Shown here: piece after piece, positions 20,401-29,085 of the stretch
Layout of the letters: each line of letters begins with the position of its first letter
How positions within the stretch are numbered: the first letter of the stretch is position 1
Assembly (NCBI GenBank): GCA_963737905.1
Contig: CAVTUQ010000026.1
Coordinates: 160,001 to 224,000, forward strand
Direction of reading: 5' to 3'
DNA from: an uncultured delta proteobacterium
GTDB lineage: Bacteria > Desulfobacterota > Binatia > UBA9968
DNA: 64,000 nt
Translations under genes and position numbers: made by a program
The notes under the pieces: model-generated
Told to the model about the DNA's origin: nothing
Database searches by the model: none
The model's input: the letters and a program-made list of their open reading frames with translations, nothing else

Positions 20401-20846
20401 AACTTGACGGCAAAGAGTATTTCAGCCGCGCGTATCTTTTTTATCTACCCCATGAATGGCTGGCACTGAGAGCGGAATACATATTTGAACGATTTAAGAA
20501 CGATCGGTTGCTAGAAGAGCCGATCAGATTGAACACACATCGCGTTCCTTTGGGGATCAATTTTTTTCACCCTTCCGGATGGAGCGCGTCCCTGACGGCC
20601 ACTTACTATAGCCAAGACGGCAAATTTGTAAGACTTGCAACCGGCCTTGATCAGTCGGCGAGTGATGACTTTTGGACGGTCGATGCTGCAATCACGTATC
20701 GCCTGCCACAGCGCTATGGTTTCGTTACAGTTGGCGCGACGAATCTTTTTGACAAAAAATTCAAGTTTTTTGAGGCGGACCGCAACAACACAAACATACA
20801 ACCGAACAGAATAGGCTTTCTTAAACTAACACTGGCGCTACCGTAA
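17444..20846 (+). CDS. FecR-TPR-beta-barrel outer-membrane receptor (NsrA-like), split by a +1 frameshift near 20305
   Basis: Signal peptide; FecR (GDRIQVG, AGVEGTE); many TPRs; barrel strands; second ORF 20319-20846 carries the barrel end (NLFDKKF). Confidence 0.85.
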
Positions 20847-20996
20847 ATCAGCAACTTTTCGAAGCAACGTAACAAGATGGACCATTCGTCTTCGAAAAGC
20901 GCCAGCAAGGGTGCCATGGAAAAGAATATTAATCCCTCGGGCAGCTAAAGCGCGCGAGAGCGAGCACCAATGGCAAAGAAGGCAAAAACCTTTAGC

Positions 20997-21230
20997 TCAA
21001 CAGTATCTAACGGGCATACCATTGATCCAGTAAATGCATCCGGCTTTTGAATGATTAAAAAGTAGTGAGCCGATATATCTGAACCCATCCTTACTATTGT
21101 AAAGATCGTCAAAGTCTTTTTTGGAAATCGCTTCTTTCTTCGCGCCATTTGTTGGTACTACACTAACAACTTTGCCAGTATCAATTTCGACAGTAATTAC
21201 CAACAGTTTCTTTTCAGATCCTTGGGGCAT
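20997..21230 (-). CDS. 77-aa peptide with C-terminal Cys-x11-Cys motif (candidate precursor or signal peptide)
   Basis: Strong RBS AGAAAGGAG; own sigma-70 promoter; ends HSKAGCIYWINGMPVRYC-stop. Confidence 0.75.
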   Translation of the reverse strand: MPQGSEKKLLVITVEIDTGKVVSVVPTNGAKKEAISKKDFDDLYNSKDGFRYIGSLLFNHSKAGCIYWINGMPVRYC

Positions 21231-21408
21231 TGTAAATAACTCCTTTCTATCCTAGAGAATCAAACTTGGTCATGAGCGCTTGACTATCAGCCACGGCCTG
21301 CTTTCTCAGTATGGGATCACAAGCCTACCGCTGCTCAAACCACTCCCCTGGACAAGCTTACGGCTCAAAGCTATTTAGGAAAAATTAAGGCCAACTCATA
21401 GTGGCAGG

Positions 21409-21437
21409 ACTTTATTCACCGACGCGGTTCTTGTCAA
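21409..21437 (-). promoter_or_regulatory. Sigma-70 promoter of the 77-aa peptide gene
   Basis: TTGACA-N17-TAAAGT on the minus strand; 19-20-nt direct repeats just upstream (21448-21492). Confidence 0.6.
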
Positions 21438-21637
21438 GTAATTTTTGAGAGTGTGTTGCTCTTTTAAGAGCGTGTTGTCATTTCTAAGAGCGAATCTCCG
21501 CAGAGAATCAGAACCTGCAGCAAAGCGGTGATTTTACACAGTTATCTAAACCATTACATTATGAGGAAATGCTTCAACTGCTTTGGGCGATTTCTCTTTT
21601 ACTGAACTCAGTGAACACCTTGACAGAGTGAGTCTGG

Positions 21638-21745
21638 GCGCCCAGACCTAGCCATCCTTGGAAACTTCGTCGTTCGGAAAATTTTGTTTTTTGTTTGTTT
21701 CCACCACTTTTCCGTAGGGCCTCTTCAAGAAGTTGTCTCCGGTAT
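21638..21745 (-). pseudogene. Remnant of a sigma-54 activator Fis-HTH 3' end
   Basis: Encodes RRQLLEEALRKSGGNKQK, matching RRLIEEELRNSGGNKQK of 48827-50410. Confidence 0.7.
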
Positions 21746-21936
21746 TTGACATCCCACCGACCGAGGCGACCAGCGTTTATAGTGAGGCACAGCATCAATA
21801 TTGTAATGACCCTTTAACTTGCTTTTGGTCCGGCCCAGTAATATACACTCGTTTGTCTATCGCCTTCGATATGCTCCCATAAGTTCGGCTTAATGGAATT
21901 GGGTACCATGCGACCCATTTGGGATTGATTCCCGTT

Positions 21937-24900
21937 ATGATTTGTACGCAATGCCAGTCCGAGAATTCGTTCACCGCGATCTTTTGCGACCACTGTGGGG
22001 CTCGTCTTGAGGCGGCTTGTCCTAAGTGTGGCGAGCCCAATCGGCAAGGAGCCAAGTTTTGTCGAAACTGTGGGCAACTCATAAATCACACAGCAGAAGC
22101 AGTCCCGGCTATGGTTTCTGCGGTACCGTCACCGGAGACCTATGTCCCTAAACACCTCGCTGAAAAGATATTGGCCTCGCGCGACTCTCTAGAAGGAGAA
22201 CGAAAGCAGGTCACTGTTCTATTTGCCGACATACGCGGGTCGACCAGCCTCGTGGAGGGGCTCGATCCAGAAGAGGCACAGAAAATTATTGACCCGGTCT
22301 TGAATGTCATGATGGACGCGGTTCATCGTTATGAGGGTACCGTCAACCAGGTGTTAGGGGATGGAATCATGGCGCTTTTTGGCGCGCCGTTGGCGCACGA
22401 GGATCACGCCTTGCGCGCCTGTTATGCCGCCCTGGCGATGCAGGAAGAAATGCGGCGGTATCGAAGAAAACTCGGGCAGTCGGAGGAATTGGGGTTACAA
22501 ATCGGGATCGGTTTGAACTCCGGCGAAGTTGTGGTGCGTTCTATCAGTAACGATCTCAATGTTGACTATTCCGCTTTGGGCCATACAACGCACCTAGCGG
22601 CTAGGATGCAGGAACTTGCAGCGGGTGGAACTACTTTGATGACGGCCTCGACTTTGCGGCAGGTGGAGGGATTCGTTCAAGTAAAATCGGTTGGCGCGGT
22701 GCAAGTAAAAGGTGTTTCTCGACCCGTTGAGGCCTTCGAAGTCGTCGCCGCCACGACGGCGCGGACTCGTGTACAGGCGGCGGCCCTGCGCGGGCTGACG
22801 CCATTAGTCGGACGCCGCACCGAAATCGAAGTTTTCAGCAAACTTGTTGAAGAGGCGGCATCTGGCAAGGGCCAAATCTTAGCGATGGTTGGCGAGCCAG
22901 GCATGGGGAAATCGCGCTTGGTCCACGAATTTGCTCGCCATCAGTTACGCCCGAGTTGGCTAGTGTTGGAGGGCGCATCGGTTTCCTACGGTAAGGCGAC
23001 TCCTTATTTCCCGCTTATCGAGATGTTGCGTCACTACTTTCAAATCGTCGATGGAGAAGGCAGCGAAAACATCCGAGACCAAGTGGTGATGCATATTTTA
23101 GAACTCGATAATATGCTAAAGGATGCGGTCCCACCGATCCTTTCGTTGCTGGATGCGATGCCGGATGAAAAAATGACTTCGCCGGCGGATGGGCATAATG
23201 GGTTAGTCCGGCTGCAAGAAATCGGCGAAATGATCAAACATTTCCACTCGATGGATCCCCAGCAGCGCCGCCGCCATACTCTGGACGCAGTGAAGCGGGT
23301 GCTCATCCGTGAGAGTCAACGGCAGCCGCTGCTAGTCGTTTTTGAGGACCTGCATTGGATCGATAGCGAAACCCAGGCATTTCTTGATAGCTTTATAGAA
23401 AGTCTGCCGAAGACGCGTCTCCTTCTACTCGTCGATTACCGGCCCGAGTACAGCCATGGCTGGGGCGATAAAAGCTATTACACGCAACTTCGCGTCGACC
23501 CATTGCAGCCGACCAGCGCAGAAGAGTTGTTACAACACCTCGTGGGAACCAATAAAGACTTGGTTCCGCTGAAAGAACTGTTAATTCATCGAACTGAAGG
23601 AAATCCTTTTTTCGCAGAGGAGAGCGTACGGTCTCTTGTGGAAGTTGGAGTTCTGGTCGGTGAGAAGGGTGCGTACCGGCCGGGTTTGATAATCGATGAG
23701 ATCCGGATTCCGAGCACCGTGCAAAGTGTCGTAGCGGATCGTGTCGATCGCTTGCCGATCGAGGAAAAGCACCTCCTGCAGACGGCTGCTGTTATTGGTA
23801 TCGTTGTACCTTTACCTTTGCTCCGCGCGGTTGCTGATCTCACCGAGGGCGACTTACGTCGTTATCTCGCCAATCTTCAGGAGGCTGAATTTCTCTATGA
23901 GACCAACCTCTTTCCAGAGTTGGAATATACTTTTAAGCATGCGCTCACCAACGAAGTTGTTTACGGCGCGCTTCTGCATGAACGTCGAACCGCCTTGCAT
24001 GCGCGTGTGTGTCGCGCCTTTGAGGAAGTCACAGGCGACCGGCTCTACGATCATATTGAGCAGCTCGCGCACCATGCCTTCTGTGGCGAGTTGTGGGAAA
24101 GGGCCGTGTCATTCCAGCGCCAGGCCGGCGCTAAAGCGTTGATGCGATCGGCCAATGTCGAGGCGGTGTTGTTTTTTGAGCGAGCTCTCGTTGCGCTTAA
24201 AAAATGGCCCGATAGCCGCAAGAAGTCGGAACAAGCTGTGGATCTTCGCTTGGAGCTCCGTAACGCACTTTTTTTGCTTGGTGAGTTTGACCGGCTCTAT
24301 CATTATCTCAAAGAAGCCGAGACCTTCGCGGAGACCCTGGGTGATCAACGGAGATTGGGTAGCGTACTTAATTTCATGATCTCCTACTTCGTGTTGATGG
24401 GAAATCACCAACGGGCGACGGAGATCGCCCAACGCGCGCTCAATGTTGGCGACCATGACATGTCCCTCGATGTCGTAACCCATTACTATCTAGGTGTTGC
24501 TTGCCATCATATGGGCAGGTATCGCGACTCCATGTCCGTTTTGACCCGGGCGATTGCTAACGTAGATAATGCGAACCTACGGTACGAGCGGTTTGGTACG
24601 GCCAACATTATCTCCGTCATTTGCCGCGTTTGGAAGGTTCAATGTCTCGCTCAGCTCGGTGCGTTTCAAGACGGCTTACTCAATGCGCGCGAAGCGATCC
24701 AGATCGCCGAGGAGTCTAAGCACCCCTATAGTCTTGCCTATGCGCGTTGCAGCCAAGGCCTATTGTTACTTGTCCAGGGAGAGATCGATGAGGCCATGCG
24801 GGTCTTGGAGGAATGCACAAAATTCTGCCAGCTCGCGGAAATCCGAGTTCTGTTTCCCCAGGTCGCTTCTTATCTGGGTCTTGCGTATGCGTTATCAGGG

Positions 24901-25383
24901 CGACTTGATAAAGCGTTACCGTTAATGGAAAAAGCTGACGAGGAAACCGGGCTTATCGGTAGGAAAGCCGGGCAGTCTCTGCGCATCGCCTGGCATGGCT
25001 ACGCCAACCTTCTCGCGGGGCGGATCGACGAGGCAGAAAAACTTGCCCAAAGGGCATTCGAATTATCTCAAGAGTCCAATGAAGAGGGGCATCATGCATG
25101 GACCCTTAAACTACTGGGTGATATTGCCGCGAGTAAGAAATCGACGGACAATCAGGCTGAAATCTACTATGGCCAAGCTTCGGCTTTGTCGAGGAAACTC
25201 GAAATGATTCCGCTTCAAGCCCATTCATCTTTGGCGCTAGGACAGTTCTATTTTCACAACGGCGATGCCACACGGTCCCGTGACGAATTGGCACGAGCGC
25301 TTGGGTTGTACCGGGAATCAAAGATGAGATTTTGGCAGACCCGTGTCGAAGCGGCACTTGATGAATTGTCGCGTACCTTATAG
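21937..25383 (+). CDS. Double zinc ribbon + class III cyclase + STAND/AAA_16 ATPase + TPR protein, copy 1
   Basis: Four CxxC; FADIRGST and LGDGIM; Walker A GEPGMGKS; Walker B FEDLHW; EGNPFF; YTFKHAL; TPR tail. Confidence 0.92.
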   Translation: MICTQCQSENSFTAIFCDHCGARLEAACPKCGEPNRQGAKFCRNCGQLINHTAEAVPAMVSAVPSPETYVPKHLAEKILASRDSLEGERKQVTVLFADIRGSTSLVEGLDPEEAQKIIDPVLNVMMDAVHRYEGTVNQVLGDGIMALFGAPLAHEDHALRACYAALAMQEEMRRYRRKLGQSEELGLQIGIGLNSGEVVVRSISNDLNVDYSALGHTTHLAARMQELAAGGTTLMTASTLRQVEGFVQVKSVGAVQVKGVSRPVEAFEVVAATTARTRVQAAALRGLTPLVGRRTEIEVFSKLVEEAASGKGQILAMVGEPGMGKSRLVHEFARHQLRPSWLVLEGASVSYGKATPYFPLIEMLRHYFQIVDGEGSENIRDQVVMHILELDNMLKDAVPPILSLLDAMPDEKMTSPADGHNGLVRLQEIGEMIKHFHSMDPQQRRRHTLDAVKRVLIRESQRQPLLVVFEDLHWIDSETQAFLDSFIESLPKTRLLLLVDYRPEYSHGWGDKSYYTQLRVDPLQPTSAEELLQHLVGTNKDLVPLKELLIHRTEGNPFFAEESVRSLVEVGVLVGEKGAYRPGLIIDEIRIPSTVQSVVADRVDRLPIEEKHLLQTAAVIGIVVPLPLLRAVADLTEGDLRRYLANLQEAEFLYETNLFPELEYTFKHALTNEVVYGALLHERRTALHARVCRAFEEVTGDRLYDHIEQLAHHAFCGELWERAVSFQRQAGAKALMRSANVEAVLFFERALVALKKWPDSRKKSEQAVDLRLELRNALFLLGEFDRLYHYLKEAETFAETLGDQRRLGSVLNFMISYFVLMGNHQRATEIAQRALNVGDHDMSLDVVTHYYLGVACHHMGRYRDSMSVLTRAIANVDNANLRYERFGTANIISVICRVWKVQCLAQLGAFQDGLLNAREAIQIAEESKHPYSLAYARCSQGLLLLVQGEIDEAMRVLEECTKFCQLAEIRVLFPQVASYLGLAYALSGRLDKALPLMEKADEETGLIGRKAGQSLRIAWHGYANLLAGRIDEAEKLAQRAFELSQESNEEGHHAWTLKLLGDIAASKKSTDNQAEIYYGQASALSRKLEMIPLQAHSSLALGQFYFHNGDATRSRDELARALGLYRESKMRFWQTRVEAALDELSRTL

Positions 25384-25478
25384 ACGCCAAAAGTGCAGAG
25401 ATTCGCTGGAACACCCAAGCAATAAGTCACGATTGAGTTAGCCCCGAAGAGGAAGCGGCTGCCGCGGACTTTTTCGAG

Positions 25479-27146
25479 ATGAAAGAGACCCCAATGCTGG
25501 AGGCTACCATGAGTCCAGTGCCTGCTCGTGATCTTCGCGCCCATATTGAAGCGTTGGATCAACGCGGGTTGCTAGTGCGCGTTAAGCACCCTATCAACAA
25601 AGATACCGAACTCCACCCATTGGTTCGCTTGCAATTTCGCGGTCTGCCGGAACCGGCACGCAAAGCCTTTTTGTTCGAAAACGTCCATGACTCTCGCGGG
25701 GAAAAGTTCTCAATACCTGTTCTAGTAGGCGGCTTGGCCGCATCCGAGGAAATATATGCGCTCGGACTTCAATGTCGCAGAAATGAAATTGCTGATCGAT
25801 GGCAAAAAGCCTTATCTCACACTATCAAGCCCGAACTGATCAAAACGGGTAAGGTTAAAGAGGTGATTCATAGGGGTAAAGCCCTTCTTGATCATCGCGG
25901 TCTAGAAGAGTTTCCCATTCCAAACTCCACGCCCGGTTTCGATAACGCGCCCTATATCACAGCGGCCTGTTGGATAACCAAGGATCCGGAGAGTGGCGAG
26001 CGCAACATGGGGATGTACAGGGCCCAAATCAAGGGCCCGCTTAGGACCGGTATTTATCTTACTGACGGAAACAATACGGCGGCCAATTGGGCTAAGGCAC
26101 GCGCCCAGAGCAAACCGCTCGAAGCTGCCGCTGTGATCGGAGGGCCGGTGGCCGTTGCATATGCAGCGATCCAAACCGCACCTTACGGCGTTGACGAGCT
26201 GGCAATTGCCGGTGCCCTCGTCGAGTCTCCGATCCCTTTAGTCAAGGCGGAAACCGTCGACTTGGAGGTCCCCGCTGACGCAGAAATTGTGATTGAAGGA
26301 TTGATCCACACTGATGCATTGGAGCCGGAGGGATCCTTTGGCGAGTCCCATGGATATTCTGATCCCCGTACTCTGTCTCCTTATTTTGAAGTGACCGCGA
26401 TTACACACCGACAAAAACCCATCTGGGTTTCGATCATTAGCCAGCTCACTCCAAGTGAAAGCAGCAAGACCAAACAAACGGCTTACGAAACTTTTTGCCT
26501 GAGACTATTACGAGATCACCACGGCTTCAGAGGCGTTCACCAAGTGCGTCTTTGCGAACCGCTGCTAAATCGGCAGTACGCCGTCGTCAGCATGAGCAAG
26601 AGCAATAATGTTGAACCTTGGGACGCCATGTATGCCTTGCTTGGGACCAAGGCTAAAGCCAAGTTCATCGTCGCAGTCGATACGGACATTGATCCTGACG
26701 ATCCTTTAGCGGTCAACTGGGCAATCGTGAATCGTTGTCAGCCGCACCGCGACGTGCGCATCGTTCAGCCGAGGCCGTTGCCGCACGGGCCGCTAAACTT
26801 CCTAGCAGATGGTCATAACTACGACGTCGTAGATTCCGCGTTGCTCATTGATGCAACCATGAAGGGAAAGTTTCCACCTATTTCTTTGCCCGGGCGGGAA
26901 TACATGGAACGCGCTCTGGATATTTGGCGGGAAATTAATCTGCCTCCGTTAGACTTAAAAAATCCTTGGTACGGTTACTCGTTAGGACTGTGGAGTGACG
27001 AGAGCGATCACGAGGCTAGACTTGCAACAAAGGGAGAATATTACGAGACCGGCGAGAAGCTTATCAGCCGGCGCGTGACCTCCCCCCTGGGCAGTACGTT
27101 GGCGGACATTCGCCGCAGGTTTCGAGGTTCTGACCCGCGCGAATGA
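25479..27146 (+). CDS. UbiD-family prFMN-dependent decarboxylase
   Basis: DLRAHIEAL, AFLFENV, NMGMYR, VPADAEIVIEG, EGSFGESHGY, VDTDID and IDAT motifs. Confidence 0.92.
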   Translation: MKETPMLEATMSPVPARDLRAHIEALDQRGLLVRVKHPINKDTELHPLVRLQFRGLPEPARKAFLFENVHDSRGEKFSIPVLVGGLAASEEIYALGLQCRRNEIADRWQKALSHTIKPELIKTGKVKEVIHRGKALLDHRGLEEFPIPNSTPGFDNAPYITAACWITKDPESGERNMGMYRAQIKGPLRTGIYLTDGNNTAANWAKARAQSKPLEAAAVIGGPVAVAYAAIQTAPYGVDELAIAGALVESPIPLVKAETVDLEVPADAEIVIEGLIHTDALEPEGSFGESHGYSDPRTLSPYFEVTAITHRQKPIWVSIISQLTPSESSKTKQTAYETFCLRLLRDHHGFRGVHQVRLCEPLLNRQYAVVSMSKSNNVEPWDAMYALLGTKAKAKFIVAVDTDIDPDDPLAVNWAIVNRCQPHRDVRIVQPRPLPHGPLNFLADGHNYDVVDSALLIDATMKGKFPPISLPGREYMERALDIWREINLPPLDLKNPWYGYSLGLWSDESDHEARLATKGEYYETGEKLISRRVTSPLGSTLADIRRRFRGSDPRE

Positions 27147-27167
27147 TTTGTAATCCTTAACTCGCTC

Positions 27168-29036
27168 ATGGTAGACCGTCTGCAGGACGTTGCGCGTAGC
27201 ATAATCGGAGCCATGCGACTTTCCCCAGATTCTTTCACCGAGTTCAAGAGGGAGGCGATCGAGCAGTCGCTTACGGCGAGGTTCGAACACCAGGTTCGAC
27301 AGAATGCGGATCGCTCCGCAGTAATTACACCCGGTGAGACGCTGACTTATAACGATCTCAACCGCATGGCTAACCGAATAGCCAATGTGATCTTGGAGCG
27401 GCATGGGGAAGGGCAAGAGCCCGTCGCGATCATTGTGTCCAATGATGCGACATCCATCGCTGGAATCCTCGGTGTGTTGAAGGCGGGCAAAATATGCGTG
27501 CCTGTGGATGCAGGTCTGCCCGCGGCGCGAGCGAAAGCCATCATCACTGATTCACAGGCTGGCCTAATCGTTACCGGCGGCAAATATGTCCCACTCGCTC
27601 AAGCCTCAGGCTCAGTCACCCACGAAATCATAAACCTGAACGAACTTAAGCCCGACTTACCTGACCATAATCCGTCGGTGCCGATTGCTCCAACGGACTT
27701 GGCCCATATCATCTATACTTCAGGATCAACTAGCGAACCCAAAGGTGTCATCGACATTCACCGTAACGTGCTTCATCACGTGATGGTCGTCACTAACAGT
27801 TCCCGTTACTGTAGGGAAGATCGTATGACCCTGGTCCGAGCGCCAAGCAGCACGGGAGGGTTGGCGAATGTCTATTCGGCGCTGCTCAATGGTGCCTGTC
27901 TTTTCCCGTTCGACGTGCAGAACAAGAGCGTGGCCCAGTTAACGTCTTTGCTGATTGAGAACAACATAACGGTCTACCATTCGAGTGCGACGGTCTTCCG
28001 TCATTTTGTTCAAACCTTGGAGAAAAAGGATGAGTTCCCGCATTTGCGGCTCATCAGATTGGGGAGCGAGCAAGTCACCAAGAATGAATTTCAGAGATTC
28101 CAACAGCACTTCTCTTCCGAGTGTATCTTGGTGAACGCGCTTTCATGCACAGAAGCAATCACTTTCTGCCAAAATTTCTTGAATAAAGACTCGGTGGTGG
28201 CTGGTGAGACCGTCTCGGTTGGTTACGCGGTGCCGGACATGGACATTTTGTTGCTGGATGATATGGGAGAGACCATAGAACGTGGCGATTCCGGCGAGAT
28301 CGCTATCCGGAGTGAGTTTCTTTCCCCCGGCTATTGGGGAAAACCTGAGCTGACCCGCAAGGTATTTTTACAACGGGCGGGAGATGATGGTCACCGTGTA
28401 TATTTAACCGGCGATATGGGTCGAATGAATGCAGATGGCTGTCTTGAGCACATCGGTCGCAAAGATTTTCAAATCAAAGTCCGCGGCCACAGAGTCAATA
28501 CCGATGAGATCGAAATCATGCTCCTCACAGTTCCTTACATCAAAGAGGCGGCGGTTGTGGGACGCGAGAGTATGGCCGGCGATAGGCGCTTGATCGCTTA
28601 TCTTGTCTTCAAGGCCGAATTGAGTGCCACGGCCAGTCAACTCCGCGATTCGTTGTCTGAAAAACTCCCCAGGTATATGATTCCTTCAACCTTCGTCGTT
28701 TTGGATGCATTACCGCTGACTGCGAATGGTAAGATCGACCGGCGAGCACTTCCCGAGCCGCCGGTATCGAGGCCGGCACTGGACATCCCTTTCGTCGTGC
28801 CACGTAGCATGGTCGAAGAAACACTTTCGCGGATTTGGTCCGAGCTTCTTGAAGTAGACCAGTGCGGGATCGACGATAACTTTTTTGACCTAGGGGGCGA
28901 TTCTCTGCTCGCCGGCCGCGTCGTTGCCAGGGTGAATCACCACTTCCACACCAAGATAGCCATAAGCGATTTTTTCGAGTCGGCCACAGTCGCGAAGCTA
29001 AGTCGTATTGTGATGGAAACTACGCAGGCGCGCTGA
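27168..29036 (+). CDS. Stand-alone NRPS loading didomain (A-T)
   Basis: YTSGSTSEPKG, YLTGD, GRKDFQIKVRG, NGKIDR; PCP FFDLGGDSL. Confidence 0.92.
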   Translation: MVDRLQDVARSIIGAMRLSPDSFTEFKREAIEQSLTARFEHQVRQNADRSAVITPGETLTYNDLNRMANRIANVILERHGEGQEPVAIIVSNDATSIAGILGVLKAGKICVPVDAGLPAARAKAIITDSQAGLIVTGGKYVPLAQASGSVTHEIINLNELKPDLPDHNPSVPIAPTDLAHIIYTSGSTSEPKGVIDIHRNVLHHVMVVTNSSRYCREDRMTLVRAPSSTGGLANVYSALLNGACLFPFDVQNKSVAQLTSLLIENNITVYHSSATVFRHFVQTLEKKDEFPHLRLIRLGSEQVTKNEFQRFQQHFSSECILVNALSCTEAITFCQNFLNKDSVVAGETVSVGYAVPDMDILLLDDMGETIERGDSGEIAIRSEFLSPGYWGKPELTRKVFLQRAGDDGHRVYLTGDMGRMNADGCLEHIGRKDFQIKVRGHRVNTDEIEIMLLTVPYIKEAAVVGRESMAGDRRLIAYLVFKAELSATASQLRDSLSEKLPRYMIPSTFVVLDALPLTANGKIDRRALPEPPVSRPALDIPFVVPRSMVEETLSRIWSELLEVDQCGIDDNFFDLGGDSLLAGRVVARVNHHFHTKIAISDFFESATVAKLSRIVMETTQAR

Positions 29037-29085
29037 ATACACTTCGCCGCCGTCTGTTCTCATCCGTCCAGCAGAGCAAACTCAG

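Noticed and set aside
21574-21798. 74-aa ORF as a functional Fis-like regulator
   Set aside because: Only ~18 residues match the HTH and the recognition helix is scrambled; treated as a remnant
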